From Anaerolineae bacterium (GTDB lineage Bacteria; Chloroflexota; Anaerolineae; B4-G1; SLSP01): DNA of 64,000 bases. Of this stretch, positions 9,137 to 17,895 are shown piece by piece. Positions within the stretch are counted from its first letter, which is position 1; the number at the start of each line of letters is the position of its first letter. The notes beneath the pieces were generated by a model. That model was not told the origin of the DNA. It did no database searches and saw only the letters and a list, made by a program, of their open reading frames with translations. The position numbers and the translations under genes are program-made. The stretch is taken from NCBI GenBank assembly GCA_026645815.1, contig JAPKMR010000001.1, positions 129,498 to 193,497 of the forward strand, read 5' to 3'.

Positions 9137-11119
9137 TCAGCCCTTAATCTCATTCCGTGGGTGCAACAAACGCCAGGCGCGCAACACTTCCGCGACGCTC
9201 CACGCCTGCGCGATACAACCGCGCGGGGAAAAGGGCGCAACGCCATCGAAAATCTCGTCAATGGTCCCCAAGCCCTGCCCATCCACATACTGCAGCAGCG
9301 GCTTGAGAAAAGCTTCGGCGCGGTCGGGGTCGCCATACACCCGCAGATGCGCGCTTACAAAAGGTCCAATCAACCATGCCCAAACAGTCCCTTGATGGTA
9401 AGCGCTATCGCGCTGTCGCTGGTCACCCTGGTAATGGGGGACGAACGCCGGGTCGCTGGGCGCGAGGCTGCGCAAACCAACTGGCGTGAGCAATTCCTGT
9501 TCGCAGATATCTACCACAGCGCGCTGGCGCTCGGGCGAGAGAGGGCTATGGGGTAACGCTACGGCCAAAATCTGATTGGGGCGCAGAGTAGCATCATCAC
9601 CCTCAGGACCATCAATTACATCAAAGCAATAGCCGTGCCTCTCACTCCAAAAACGCTCAAAACTTGCCTCGGCGCGCGCCGCCGCCTTCCGGTAAGCCGT
9701 GTCAGGCTCACCCAGGGCAAGCGCAAATTCCGCCATATTGCATAAAGCGTTGTACCACAGCGCGTTCACCTCAACGGGCTTGCCAACACGCGGCGTGACA
9801 ACCCAATCATCAATCTTAACATCCATCCAGGTAAGCTGCGATCCAGGCTCACCCGCCCAGAGCAAGCCATCCTCTGAATCCACATGAATCTGATAGCGCG
9901 TCCCCCGCTCGTGCCAGGCGATGATATCCTGCAACACCGGAAACAGCTCGCGCAAGAAAGCCGTATCTCCCGTCTCCGCAAAATAAGCCCTCAACGCCTC
10001 AAAGAACCACAACGTAGCATCTACCGTGTTGTAACCCGGTTCGGATTCGGTATCCGTGAAATTATTGGGCAGCATTCCCTGGTCCACCAATCCCGCAAAA
10101 GTCCGCAGAATCTCGCGGGCAATATGCGGGCGTCCTGTTGCCAGAGTGAGTCCGGGAAGTGCAATCATTGTGTCCCGTCCCCAATCAGCAAACCAGTGGT
10201 ATCCCGCCACAATGGTGTAACCCTCGCCGCCATCGGCAAGGGCACGGCGCGCGACAAACTGATCCGCTGCTAATACCAGTTGTTGAACCTCCGGTGGCGC
10301 GTCACCCAGTTCCGCAGTCTTCACGATCTGCCGGGCATAGGCGCGCCGCTCCTCGAGTGCAGCAGCACTGTCCAGGTTGGGCGTCACCTCTGTGCTAAAG
10401 ACCAACGTCAGTACCTCTCCAGGTTTCAAGGTACCGTGGAAATCGCCAATATTGAGGTGGTCTTCAACCCGGTCCAGGCCCCGCTCGGCTTCTTCACGCA
10501 GGAAGAAATCACGATACCACTCATAACGGGTCGAGGCTTTGGCGTCTCGGCTAAAGATGTAGAAGGGAATCGCCTGATTAGAGGCGACCACCCGCACCCC
10601 ATTCCCAACCGGCTCAACGCGCATCCATTGCCCAATTGCCCGGGTCAACTTGTGATGATCGCGGTAATTGACCAGGGTCTCTAGAGCCAACACGAGAGGC
10701 TGCGAGCCTTCAAGGTAAGTGTAATGCACGTAGGTTGTGTTAGCGCCCACCTGCATCCACACACGCTTCTGCAAACGAACCCCAGGCTCCAACGCATACG
10801 TCCAGGTTGGAATGCCATCATCAAGGCAGAAGCTCTCCAGATAACGATACCCGGCAGGTTCAATCACCTGAGCCGCCCATTGATTGGTTGAGAGCTTGTA
10901 AAAACGGCCCCCATATTGCACGCTATCCTCAATCTTCGCAGCCAATAGGATACGCTGCCGTGGTGGATTCAGAGCGGCAATCAACAAGCCATGGTAGCGC
11001 CGCGTGACCATACCGGCGACAGTCCCAGAGGCATAACCGCCCAAGCCATTGGTCACCAACCACTCGCGACGAGAGGAGATATTCAGATCGTTACAAATCT
11101 CGCAACCCACTTCCAACAT
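9137..11119 (-). CDS. Glycogen debranching enzyme (amylo-alpha-1,6-glucosidase family)
   Basis: REWLVTNGLGGYASGTV..RRYHGLL N-terminal domain and GYHWFADWGRDTMIALPGL (alpha/alpha)6-barrel motifs. The start is ATG 11119 after AGGAGGA. Confidence 0.8.
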   Translation of the reverse strand: MLEVGCEICNDLNISSRREWLVTNGLGGYASGTVAGMVTRRYHGLLIAALNPPRQRILLAAKIEDSVQYGGRFYKLSTNQWAAQVIEPAGYRYLESFCLDDGIPTWTYALEPGVRLQKRVWMQVGANTTYVHYTYLEGSQPLVLALETLVNYRDHHKLTRAIGQWMRVEPVGNGVRVVASNQAIPFYIFSRDAKASTRYEWYRDFFLREEAERGLDRVEDHLNIGDFHGTLKPGEVLTLVFSTEVTPNLDSAAALEERRAYARQIVKTAELGDAPPEVQQLVLAADQFVARRALADGGEGYTIVAGYHWFADWGRDTMIALPGLTLATGRPHIAREILRTFAGLVDQGMLPNNFTDTESEPGYNTVDATLWFFEALRAYFAETGDTAFLRELFPVLQDIIAWHERGTRYQIHVDSEDGLLWAGEPGSQLTWMDVKIDDWVVTPRVGKPVEVNALWYNALCNMAEFALALGEPDTAYRKAAARAEASFERFWSERHGYCFDVIDGPEGDDATLRPNQILAVALPHSPLSPERQRAVVDICEQELLTPVGLRSLAPSDPAFVPHYQGDQRQRDSAYHQGTVWAWLIGPFVSAHLRVYGDPDRAEAFLKPLLQYVDGQGLGTIDEIFDGVAPFSPRGCIAQAWSVAEVLRAWRLLHPRNEIKG

Positions 11120-11233
11120 AAGATCCTCCTGCGCTAAAGGCACCAACACGCCTCTGTAATAACCCTATTGTACGCGAAAGTCCGAATTTTATTAAGCGGA
11201 ATGTTTACCGCAACCCTATCATGTCTGACAGCA

Positions 11234-12619
11234 TCAACCGCTCATCCGCACAGGATCGAGCAGGCTTTCCAATACGGCGGGCGTCGCCACTCCGCGCTCA
11301 AGAGCAACTTCCTTGATCGTACGCCCGCTAGCATGCGCCTCCTGGGCAATACTGGCAGCAGCATCATAACCGATTAACGGGGTCAACGCTGTTGCCAATG
11401 CCAGATTGCGTTCCACCAACGCCAGGCAACGCTCCGCATCTGCCTCCAAACCGGTCACGCAGCGCTCAGTAAAGGCACGTACCGCGTTTGCCAACCAGGT
11501 AATGCCCTGCAGTAAGTTGTGCGCCATCAGCGGGAGCATCGTATTCAATTCAAAGCGCGCCCCCAACCCACCCAGGGTGAGCGCGCTATCAAAGCCGATA
11601 ACCTGCGCCACGACCATCAGCAGCGCTTCCGCCATCACAGGATTCACCTTCCCTGGCATAATGGAAGAACCCGGTTGCACCTCCGGTAAGCGCAATTCAC
11701 CCAGCCCACAGCGGGGACCTGAAGCCAACCAACGGATATCATCAGCCACCTTCGAAAGGCTGATAGCTACGGTCTTGAGCTGCCCGGAGACCTCCACCAG
11801 CGCTTCCTGACTCGCATTCGCCGCCATATGATTCGGCGCCTCCACGAAATCCGTGCCCAAAGCGGCATTGAGGTGTGCGATTGCCCGCGCGGCAAAGCCC
11901 AGCGGGCAGTTGATGCCGGTCCCCACCGCTGTACCCCCCAGCGCCAGAGGGCGCAGTGCACTCTGCGCCGTCCGCAGACGCGCAAGGCCATGCTCCACCT
12001 GTGCCGCATAGCCGCTGAATTCTTGTCCCAGACGTACCGGCGTCGCATCCTGAAGGTGCGTGCGTCCCGTCTTGATAACAGAATCAAAGGCGAGCGCCTT
12101 CTCTAGCAGCGCACCGTGCAGGGCCACGAGCGACGGTTGCAGAGTGTCACGCAGTGCCAGAAAAATCGCCACATGAGCAACCGTGGGCATCACATCGTTG
12201 CTGGATTGGCTCAAATTGACGTGGTCGTTGGGATGTACCGGTGACTTGCTGCCCACATTGCCGCCGAGCAACTGAATCGCCCGATTGGAAAGCACCTCGT
12301 TGGCGTTCATGTTGGTGGAGGTGGCTGAGCCGGTCTGAAAGATGTCCACCGGAAAGTGAGCATCTAGCGCTCCGGAGATAAGCTCATCGCAGGCTTGTAA
12401 CATTACCGCGGCTATCTCCGGAGCCAATAGCCCCAGTTCGGTATTAGAACGGACGCAAGCGCGTTTCACCTCGCCCAATGCTGCGAGAAAGTCACGTCCA
12501 AAACGCTGTCCGGAGATGGGGAAATTCTCGATGGCGCGTTGTGTCTGCGCGCCCCAGAGGGCGCCGGCGGGCACATGCACGGTCCCCAGAGCGTCGTGTT
12601 CCTCGCGGTAGGCGCTCAC
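11234..12619 (-). CDS. fumC: Class II fumarate hydratase
   Basis: LWGAQTQRA, FQTGSATSTNMNANEV, SQSSND and GSSIMPGKVNP signatures. SQSSND favours fumarase over aspartase. The start is set to GTG 12619 (AGGGGG upstream), because the longer track ORF would overlap nadE. Confidence 0.84.
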   Translation of the reverse strand: MSAYREEHDALGTVHVPAGALWGAQTQRAIENFPISGQRFGRDFLAALGEVKRACVRSNTELGLLAPEIAAVMLQACDELISGALDAHFPVDIFQTGSATSTNMNANEVLSNRAIQLLGGNVGSKSPVHPNDHVNLSQSSNDVMPTVAHVAIFLALRDTLQPSLVALHGALLEKALAFDSVIKTGRTHLQDATPVRLGQEFSGYAAQVEHGLARLRTAQSALRPLALGGTAVGTGINCPLGFAARAIAHLNAALGTDFVEAPNHMAANASQEALVEVSGQLKTVAISLSKVADDIRWLASGPRCGLGELRLPEVQPGSSIMPGKVNPVMAEALLMVVAQVIGFDSALTLGGLGARFELNTMLPLMAHNLLQGITWLANAVRAFTERCVTGLEADAERCLALVERNLALATALTPLIGYDAAASIAQEAHASGRTIKEVALERGVATPAVLESLLDPVRMSG

Positions 12620-12629
12620 CAGTTGCCCC

Positions 12630-13370
12630 CTAATGACGCTGCACAGCAAAAACAGGCGGCATGGCACGCTTGTGCGCCGAGGCGATGAACATCTGCCGCA
12701 CTCGGACAATTGCCTCCGGTGGCGCATCAGGGTCTACGCCCGCCTCCCAAGCCTCGAGGATAGTATCAAGCAAATCATAGGTGATACCCAGCTCACCTTC
12801 GTCGGTCTGACCAGGCCAAAGCCCCGCCGTGGGGGCACGAGTGATGACAGGCTCGGGGATCTCCAAGATGCGGGCCAACGCGCGTACATCGCGCTTGTAC
12901 AGCTCGCCCAGCGGCTCCAAATCCACACCGCCGTCACCATATTTAGTGAAATAGCCCACTGTAATCTCGGGCTTATTTCCGGTCCCCAAAACCAGGGCGC
13001 GATTGGATTGCGCCAGATAATAGAGTGTCGTCATCCGCAAACGCGGTTTGATGTTAGCGCGCGCCATATCCGTGCCAGCGGGCAAAGCCGCCATCAGCGC
13101 ATCAAAAGCGGGACCGAGGTCTACCGTTGCCGGTTCCAGGTGCAGCGCCTCCGACACCATGCGTGCGTACGTGGCGTCCTCTTCCAGGCTATGGCAGGGC
13201 AACCACGCCGCCCAGACATGCTCAGGTCCCACAGCGCGAACCGCCAGTGCAGCTGAGACGGCGGAGTCAATACCACCGCTCAATCCAAGAGCGTAACCCT
13301 GCATCCCTGCACCGCGAGCAGTCTCCTGCAACCACAACACCAAATCATCGGCCAGTTTAGAGTAGTCCAT
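12630..13370 (-). CDS. nadE: NH3-dependent NAD+ synthetase (single-domain)
   Basis: ATP-pyrophosphatase P-loop LGLSGGIDSAV at about residue 30 and a length of about 246 aa. The start is ATG 13370 (MDYSKLADDL) after GGAGGTGG. Confidence 0.85.
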   Translation of the reverse strand: MDYSKLADDLVLWLQETARGAGMQGYALGLSGGIDSAVSAALAVRAVGPEHVWAAWLPCHSLEEDATYARMVSEALHLEPATVDLGPAFDALMAALPAGTDMARANIKPRLRMTTLYYLAQSNRALVLGTGNKPEITVGYFTKYGDGGVDLEPLGELYKRDVRALARILEIPEPVITRAPTAGLWPGQTDEGELGITYDLLDTILEAWEAGVDPDAPPEAIVRVRQMFIASAHKRAMPPVFAVQRH

Positions 13371-13593
13371 AGCCACCTCCTGTGATGGGGTTATGCAATA
13401 GATTATAGCACAAACACTGCAGCATATCCCAAAAGTTGTCTCCAGAGGCGAATGTGATATAGTAATGCGCGGTGCTATCTGAATCATTCGACATAGCCGG
13501 GAGCGCATTGTTTGCGCTCAGACAGATTGGCTCAGTATGAAAACAGATAACAACCATGACCGGATAAGAATAGACTCAAACCAGAGGTCAGCC

Positions 13594-14520
13594 ATGCCAC
13601 GGTATTTACACAGATTTAGCCTTTTAGCGGTACTGCTCCTGACATTTCTAGCCGGGGGAGTAAAAGCGCAAAGCCCGGTAGTGCACGCCGTGTTACTGTA
13701 CTCACCCTCATGCGGGCACTGCCACAAAGTCATGGAAGAGGTGCTCCCCCCCTTGCGCGAACGCTATGGAGCGCAATTGGAAATCCTTGAGGTGAATGTG
13801 CAAGAGCCGGAAGGCTCAGCCGTCTACCAGGCGACCCTCGAGAAATACAAGCCCGCGGTGCGTGGCGTGCCGATGCTGGTCATAGGCGAGGAGGTACTGG
13901 TAGGCTCGGTGCAGATTCCCGAGCGTCTGCCGGAGCTGATCGAATACTATCTCCAGCAAGATGGTATACCCTGGCCCTCACTGCCAAAACTCCCCGGTGT
14001 ACCGGAATCAGCCTTACCGCCAACTCCCACACCCGTTCCTGCATCAGATGCTATTGTGCACTTGCTCTACTTCCAATCGGCCAGCTGCAGCGGTTGCCGG
14101 CAGTTTGAGAACGAGGTACTGACGCAATTGCGATCTACATACGCTGACCGGTTACAGGTGACCACCATCAACACCACCGACCCCGCAGGGAGAAGATTAT
14201 ACGAAGCGGTAGTCACCCGCTACAAGCCGGCATTGGAAGGCGTGCCCGCGGTGGTTATAGGCGAGACCATGCTGGTAGGGAACCGGGATGTCCCCGAAAA
14301 ACTGCCCGCGCTGATTGAAACAGCGACTGCAAGCGGCGGAGTGCTTTTGCCGGAGCTACCAGAACTAGAGGAATACTTCACTGTGACCCCAACGCCCTCG
14401 CCAACAGGCGCAGCGACGCAACCGGAAGCAACACCCGCCGGCACACCTTGGGCGATGCTGGGAATTGCTGCGCTCGCCCTTGCAGCGATTGCACTGGTGG
14501 GCTTCCGCATGCGCCGCTAG
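13594..14520 (+). CDS. Secreted, C-terminally membrane-anchored protein with two tandem CxxC thioredoxin-fold domains
   Basis: Signal peptide MPRYLHRFSLLAVLLLTFLAGGVKAQ. Two ~100-aa repeats carry SCGHC and SCSGC and share RYKPA(V/L)xGVPxxVIGExxLVG..(I/V)PE(R/K)LP(E/A)LIE. The C-terminal TM is WAMLGIAALALAAIALVGF. Confidence 0.65.
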   Translation: MPRYLHRFSLLAVLLLTFLAGGVKAQSPVVHAVLLYSPSCGHCHKVMEEVLPPLRERYGAQLEILEVNVQEPEGSAVYQATLEKYKPAVRGVPMLVIGEEVLVGSVQIPERLPELIEYYLQQDGIPWPSLPKLPGVPESALPPTPTPVPASDAIVHLLYFQSASCSGCRQFENEVLTQLRSTYADRLQVTTINTTDPAGRRLYEAVVTRYKPALEGVPAVVIGETMLVGNRDVPEKLPALIETATASGGVLLPELPELEEYFTVTPTPSPTGAATQPEATPAGTPWAMLGIAALALAAIALVGFRMRR

Positions 14521-14609
14521 CACCCTTCAAGCAACAACAAGACCGGTTCGGCCCAAACACACACCGAGCCGATCCCTTGTGTCAAAGTTGCCCGGAAGGG
14601 ACTGTTCAA

Positions 14610-16778
14610 TTATGGATATTGCCGCAGTACCAACGGCAACCAGAGCGATTTCACAAACTCATCGGCGCCCACATCAGGTAAGCCAAAGGGACGTGGATCT
14701 CCGTCAATATCGCGACTTACCCACGTCAGTGGCAAAGCCTGCCCAATAGCATTTGAGGCGCTGCTCAAATGGTAATCTGCGAGCAAAGCCGCGGGTCCAG
14801 GAACCACGTGCGTGCTAATCACCCCGATACTGGCATTTGACCCATTGCCATCAAAAAGCGTGTAGTCCGCCAAGACCTGGATCGCTGCAGGCGTAGCATT
14901 AACAATGCCGACAGTCTGACTGACGACAATATGGTTGACCAGGGAAATGTCAATGTGGCCCTTAATATAGATGCCAACGCCATCACCGTCTAGATTGGCA
15001 GCAATTGTATTGTGGGCGATCCGACCAGCGGAGGAGTATCCAATAACCACACCGCTGCCGGTGATACTGACCGCGTTGCGTGCAATGATGTTATTGGTGA
15101 GCGTGAAAGGCCCACTGGAAGCGATACGCACGCCACCCCCTTCAGACACCGTCAGCCCAGGCGCCCGGTTATCCAGAATCTCATTGCCCTCAACCCATAC
15201 CCGACCCGTGAGCGCAAGACCGCCACCGTAACCCGTATCCCCACCTCCCGTAGTGTTACTCCGAATCTGGTTCGCGATGAAACGAGGCGCACCGTTAAAA
15301 GCGTAAATGCCTCCACCCGCCCCCCTGCCATTAGGCGCGGAGATCGCGATGTTTTCGGCGATGACATTTCCCTTAACACAGACGTTGCTGTCGCGAGCAG
15401 AAATGCCACCACCCCAACCCCAACCGCCTACCGCGCCAAGCACCGCGGTGTTTTGGACGATGGAATTGTTGAGCAACAAACCGGCGCCACCCTTGACGTA
15501 GATGCCACCGCCGTAACCGGGGGTATCGGATGCGGCGATGTTGCCAAAGATGCTATTGTTCGCAACGGTCGCCTCGCTTTCAGCTAGATATAATCCGCCA
15601 CCGTTACCATCGGCGACGTAGCTCGCGCGGTTATCGCGCGCGAGCACATTGGCGCGCACCACAGCAGCATCCGAGAGGCTGGATAGATACATGCCGCCAC
15701 CCAGACCACGTTCGCTCAAGAGGTTGGCTACGTTGCCATAGACCTCGTTATCGTGGATGAACGCCAGAGGTCCATGATAGTGAATCCCACCGCCGGTGCT
15801 ATAGAACCCCGGATCCGCCGCACCTCGCAACGCCACATTCGCCTCCAGCAGGTTGCGCGCAATCGTCACCGGTGCAGATGAATGAACGAAGATGCCGCCG
15901 CCATTAGCGAGGACGGCCCGACCCGCAGTGTTTTGCTGAATGTGGTTGCCCACGATGGTAGGGCTGCCCTCGAACACCGCAATGCCGCCGCCATCGCCCG
16001 CTGAATGCCCGGCGCGATTGGAACGAATGGTGTTGGTCAGAATCTGTGGCGAGGCATCTTCCAGGTAAATACCCCCGCCCTGTCCCCAGGTGGCATCATC
16101 GGCAATATTGTTGATGACTTGATTACCGCTAATGATGGCGGTCGCCGGGGCATCAACGAGGTAGATGCCGCCGCCGCGCCCGTAATCCGTGCACGCCATG
16201 GTGGTGCAGCCGTAGTTATCGGAGATGATGTTGTTGAGGATAACCGGCGCCGCATTTACCGCTGCAATACCCCCGCCGTGATTAGGTTCCTCCGCCGCAC
16301 CGCCCGCATTCCCGCCGGTGATGGTGAAGCAGTGAATGGTGGGACTCGCATGGGTGATGCTGATTACGCGTTGGAGGCCATCGCCATCAATCACTACGTC
16401 TTCTGGGACGCAGGGCACGGGGTTGAAACTCCAGCCCAATCCAGAATAAGCCGCGTCCCAAGCCCCATCCAGCACCACCGACTTGGTGATCACAACCGTA
16501 CCATAATACGTTGCCGGACCGGCAACATCACTGCGGTCAGCCACGCAGATGGTTTCGCCATCCATGGCCCATTGCAGGGCGTATTGGATAGTCTTGCAAG
16601 GCGAATGGGGATCGCTGCAATCATTGCCGGGGAAGCTGTTGTCGCCGCCATTGACCACGTAACGATCACACATCACCAACGCCTGTGTGGGAAGAGCAGC
16701 AGGAATGGTGAGAATCAACAGCCCCAGGAGCAATCCCGAGGTCAACGCCACAACGATGAACAACCGGTTGAGCTTCAT
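14610..16778 (-). CDS. Right-handed parallel beta-helix repeat surface protein
   Basis: N-terminal TM/signal sequence, a Cys-rich cap (CSDPHSPCKTIQYAL), and about 20 repeats of N..I..N.A...GGGI(Y/A/F). The tail is DIDGDPRPFGLPDVGADEF. The start is ATG 16778 after GGAGGGGG. Confidence 0.75.
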   Translation of the reverse strand: MKLNRLFIVVALTSGLLLGLLILTIPAALPTQALVMCDRYVVNGGDNSFPGNDCSDPHSPCKTIQYALQWAMDGETICVADRSDVAGPATYYGTVVITKSVVLDGAWDAAYSGLGWSFNPVPCVPEDVVIDGDGLQRVISITHASPTIHCFTITGGNAGGAAEEPNHGGGIAAVNAAPVILNNIISDNYGCTTMACTDYGRGGGIYLVDAPATAIISGNQVINNIADDATWGQGGGIYLEDASPQILTNTIRSNRAGHSAGDGGGIAVFEGSPTIVGNHIQQNTAGRAVLANGGGIFVHSSAPVTIARNLLEANVALRGAADPGFYSTGGGIHYHGPLAFIHDNEVYGNVANLLSERGLGGGMYLSSLSDAAVVRANVLARDNRASYVADGNGGGLYLAESEATVANNSIFGNIAASDTPGYGGGIYVKGGAGLLLNNSIVQNTAVLGAVGGWGWGGGISARDSNVCVKGNVIAENIAISAPNGRGAGGGIYAFNGAPRFIANQIRSNTTGGGDTGYGGGLALTGRVWVEGNEILDNRAPGLTVSEGGGVRIASSGPFTLTNNIIARNAVSITGSGVVIGYSSAGRIAHNTIAANLDGDGVGIYIKGHIDISLVNHIVVSQTVGIVNATPAAIQVLADYTLFDGNGSNASIGVISTHVVPGPAALLADYHLSSASNAIGQALPLTWVSRDIDGDPRPFGLPDVGADEFVKSLWLPLVLRQYP

Positions 16779-17095
16779 TTCCCCCTCCCTCAACGCTCCA
16801 ATTGGCTTCTATTCAGGCACCGAGATTGACGAAGCCTCACACGGTGATACCAGACAATACTGGAATACCCTGAGTAACGATGACGTCCAGACATACGAGC
16901 GGAGAGTGAGCCACTACGGTTAAAGGATGTGGAACAGGAAGGCGCTATGCAATCACCGCAATAGAGCTTCGATAGCCCGGTCACAGAGCAGAAATCACAG
17001 AACAACACCAAAACGCGGCGCTTCTACATTCATTGTAGGCGAGTATCTGTATTATGTCAATGAAAAGCCCCCATTAAACCGTTAAACTTACCCTC

Positions 17096-17124
17096 TTGAC
17101 AGTCGAAAAAACTGGTGCTATGAT
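17096..17124 (+). promoter_or_regulatory. Sigma-70-type promoter of the fadR-like operon
   Basis: TTGACA (17096..17101), an exact 17-nt spacer, then TATGAT (17119..17124). Confidence 0.7.
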
Positions 17125-17150
17125 ATACTGGTAAGACCACTTACCAGTAT
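17125..17150. promoter_or_regulatory. Palindromic operator, FadR-box-like
   Basis: ATACTGGTAAG-ACCA-CTTACCAGTAT has 11-bp perfect arms and lies immediately after the -10 element. The core CTGGTAAGACCA resembles the CTGGTCCGACC-type core of E. coli FadR sites. A further AACTGGTG half-site sits in the promoter spacer (17110..17117). Confidence 0.6.
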
Positions 17151-17154
17151 AAGG

Positions 17155-17874
17155 ATGAAGACGGCAATGCCTGAATGGAATGCGCCACAAAAGCCTGCGG
17201 ATTACGCCGAAGAAAGTCTGATCACCGCTATTTTGAATGGTGACTATCCACCCGGCACAGCCCTGCCCGGCGAGCGTGACCTTGCCGCACAGCTGGGGCT
17301 TACCCGCCCCACCCTGCGCGAGGCGCTACAACGGCTTGCCCGCGATGGCTGGATTACAATTCGACAAGGAAAACCCACCCTGGTGAACGATTTCTGGCGG
17401 GATGGGGGACTGAATGTGCTAAGCACGCTGGTACGTTACCGGCATGTTCCCGATGATTTTGTGCGCCGCTTACTCGAGGTTCGGTTGGCTATGGCACCCG
17501 CTTATACTGCCGCTGCGGTAGAGCATAATCCACAGAGCATGCTGGGGCATCTTCAAGGCGCAGCTGCTCTGGAAGAGGATGCCGCAGCCTTCGCGCGCTA
17601 TGACTGGCAACTGCATCACTTGCTCACCGTTGCGTCCGGCAATCCCATCTACACGTTAATCCTCAATGGCTTTGCCTCGTTTTACGAGGCCATGGCATGC
17701 CAGTATTTTGCGCGCGTCGAAGCCCGGGCTTTTTCCCGGCAGTTCTACACCGATTTGTATGCTGCCTTTATGAACGGTGATACCGTAAGCGCGGAAAACA
17801 TCACCCGTCGCGTTATGGAAGAAAGTATCAGTCATTGGCGGGCAGCGGCGGATTTCGGGAATCCGGAATCATAA
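17155..17874 (+). CDS. fadR: GntR-family regulator of the FadR subfamily
   Basis: Aligns by eye with E. coli FadR over the winged HTH and the start of the effector domain. Compare [55 protein letters not shown] with [54 protein letters not shown]. Confidence 0.8.
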   Translation: [239 protein letters not shown]

Positions 17875-17895
17875 GTCAGGAGTCAGGAGGTTTCT

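Noticed and set aside
12620-12727. N-terminal extension of the fumC ORF (MRHRRQLSECGRCSS...)
   Set aside because: It would overlap the 3' end of nadE by about 100 nt and has no similarity to fumarase N-termini. The GTG at 12619 with AGGGGG upstream gives a normal FumC start.
16005-16829. ORF 16005..16829 + (274 aa), along with other long antisense ORFs: 5259..5816, 15012..15587, 27231..27749, 30565..31464, 34578..35333, 35337..35936, 40920..41693, 47673..48278, 49687..50160, 51141..51929, 20879..21421 and 60277..60972
   Set aside because: Each lies entirely or largely inside a well-supported gene, on the other strand or in another frame. None has an RBS, and all have low-complexity Arg/Gly/Pro-rich composition. 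I treat them as shadows.
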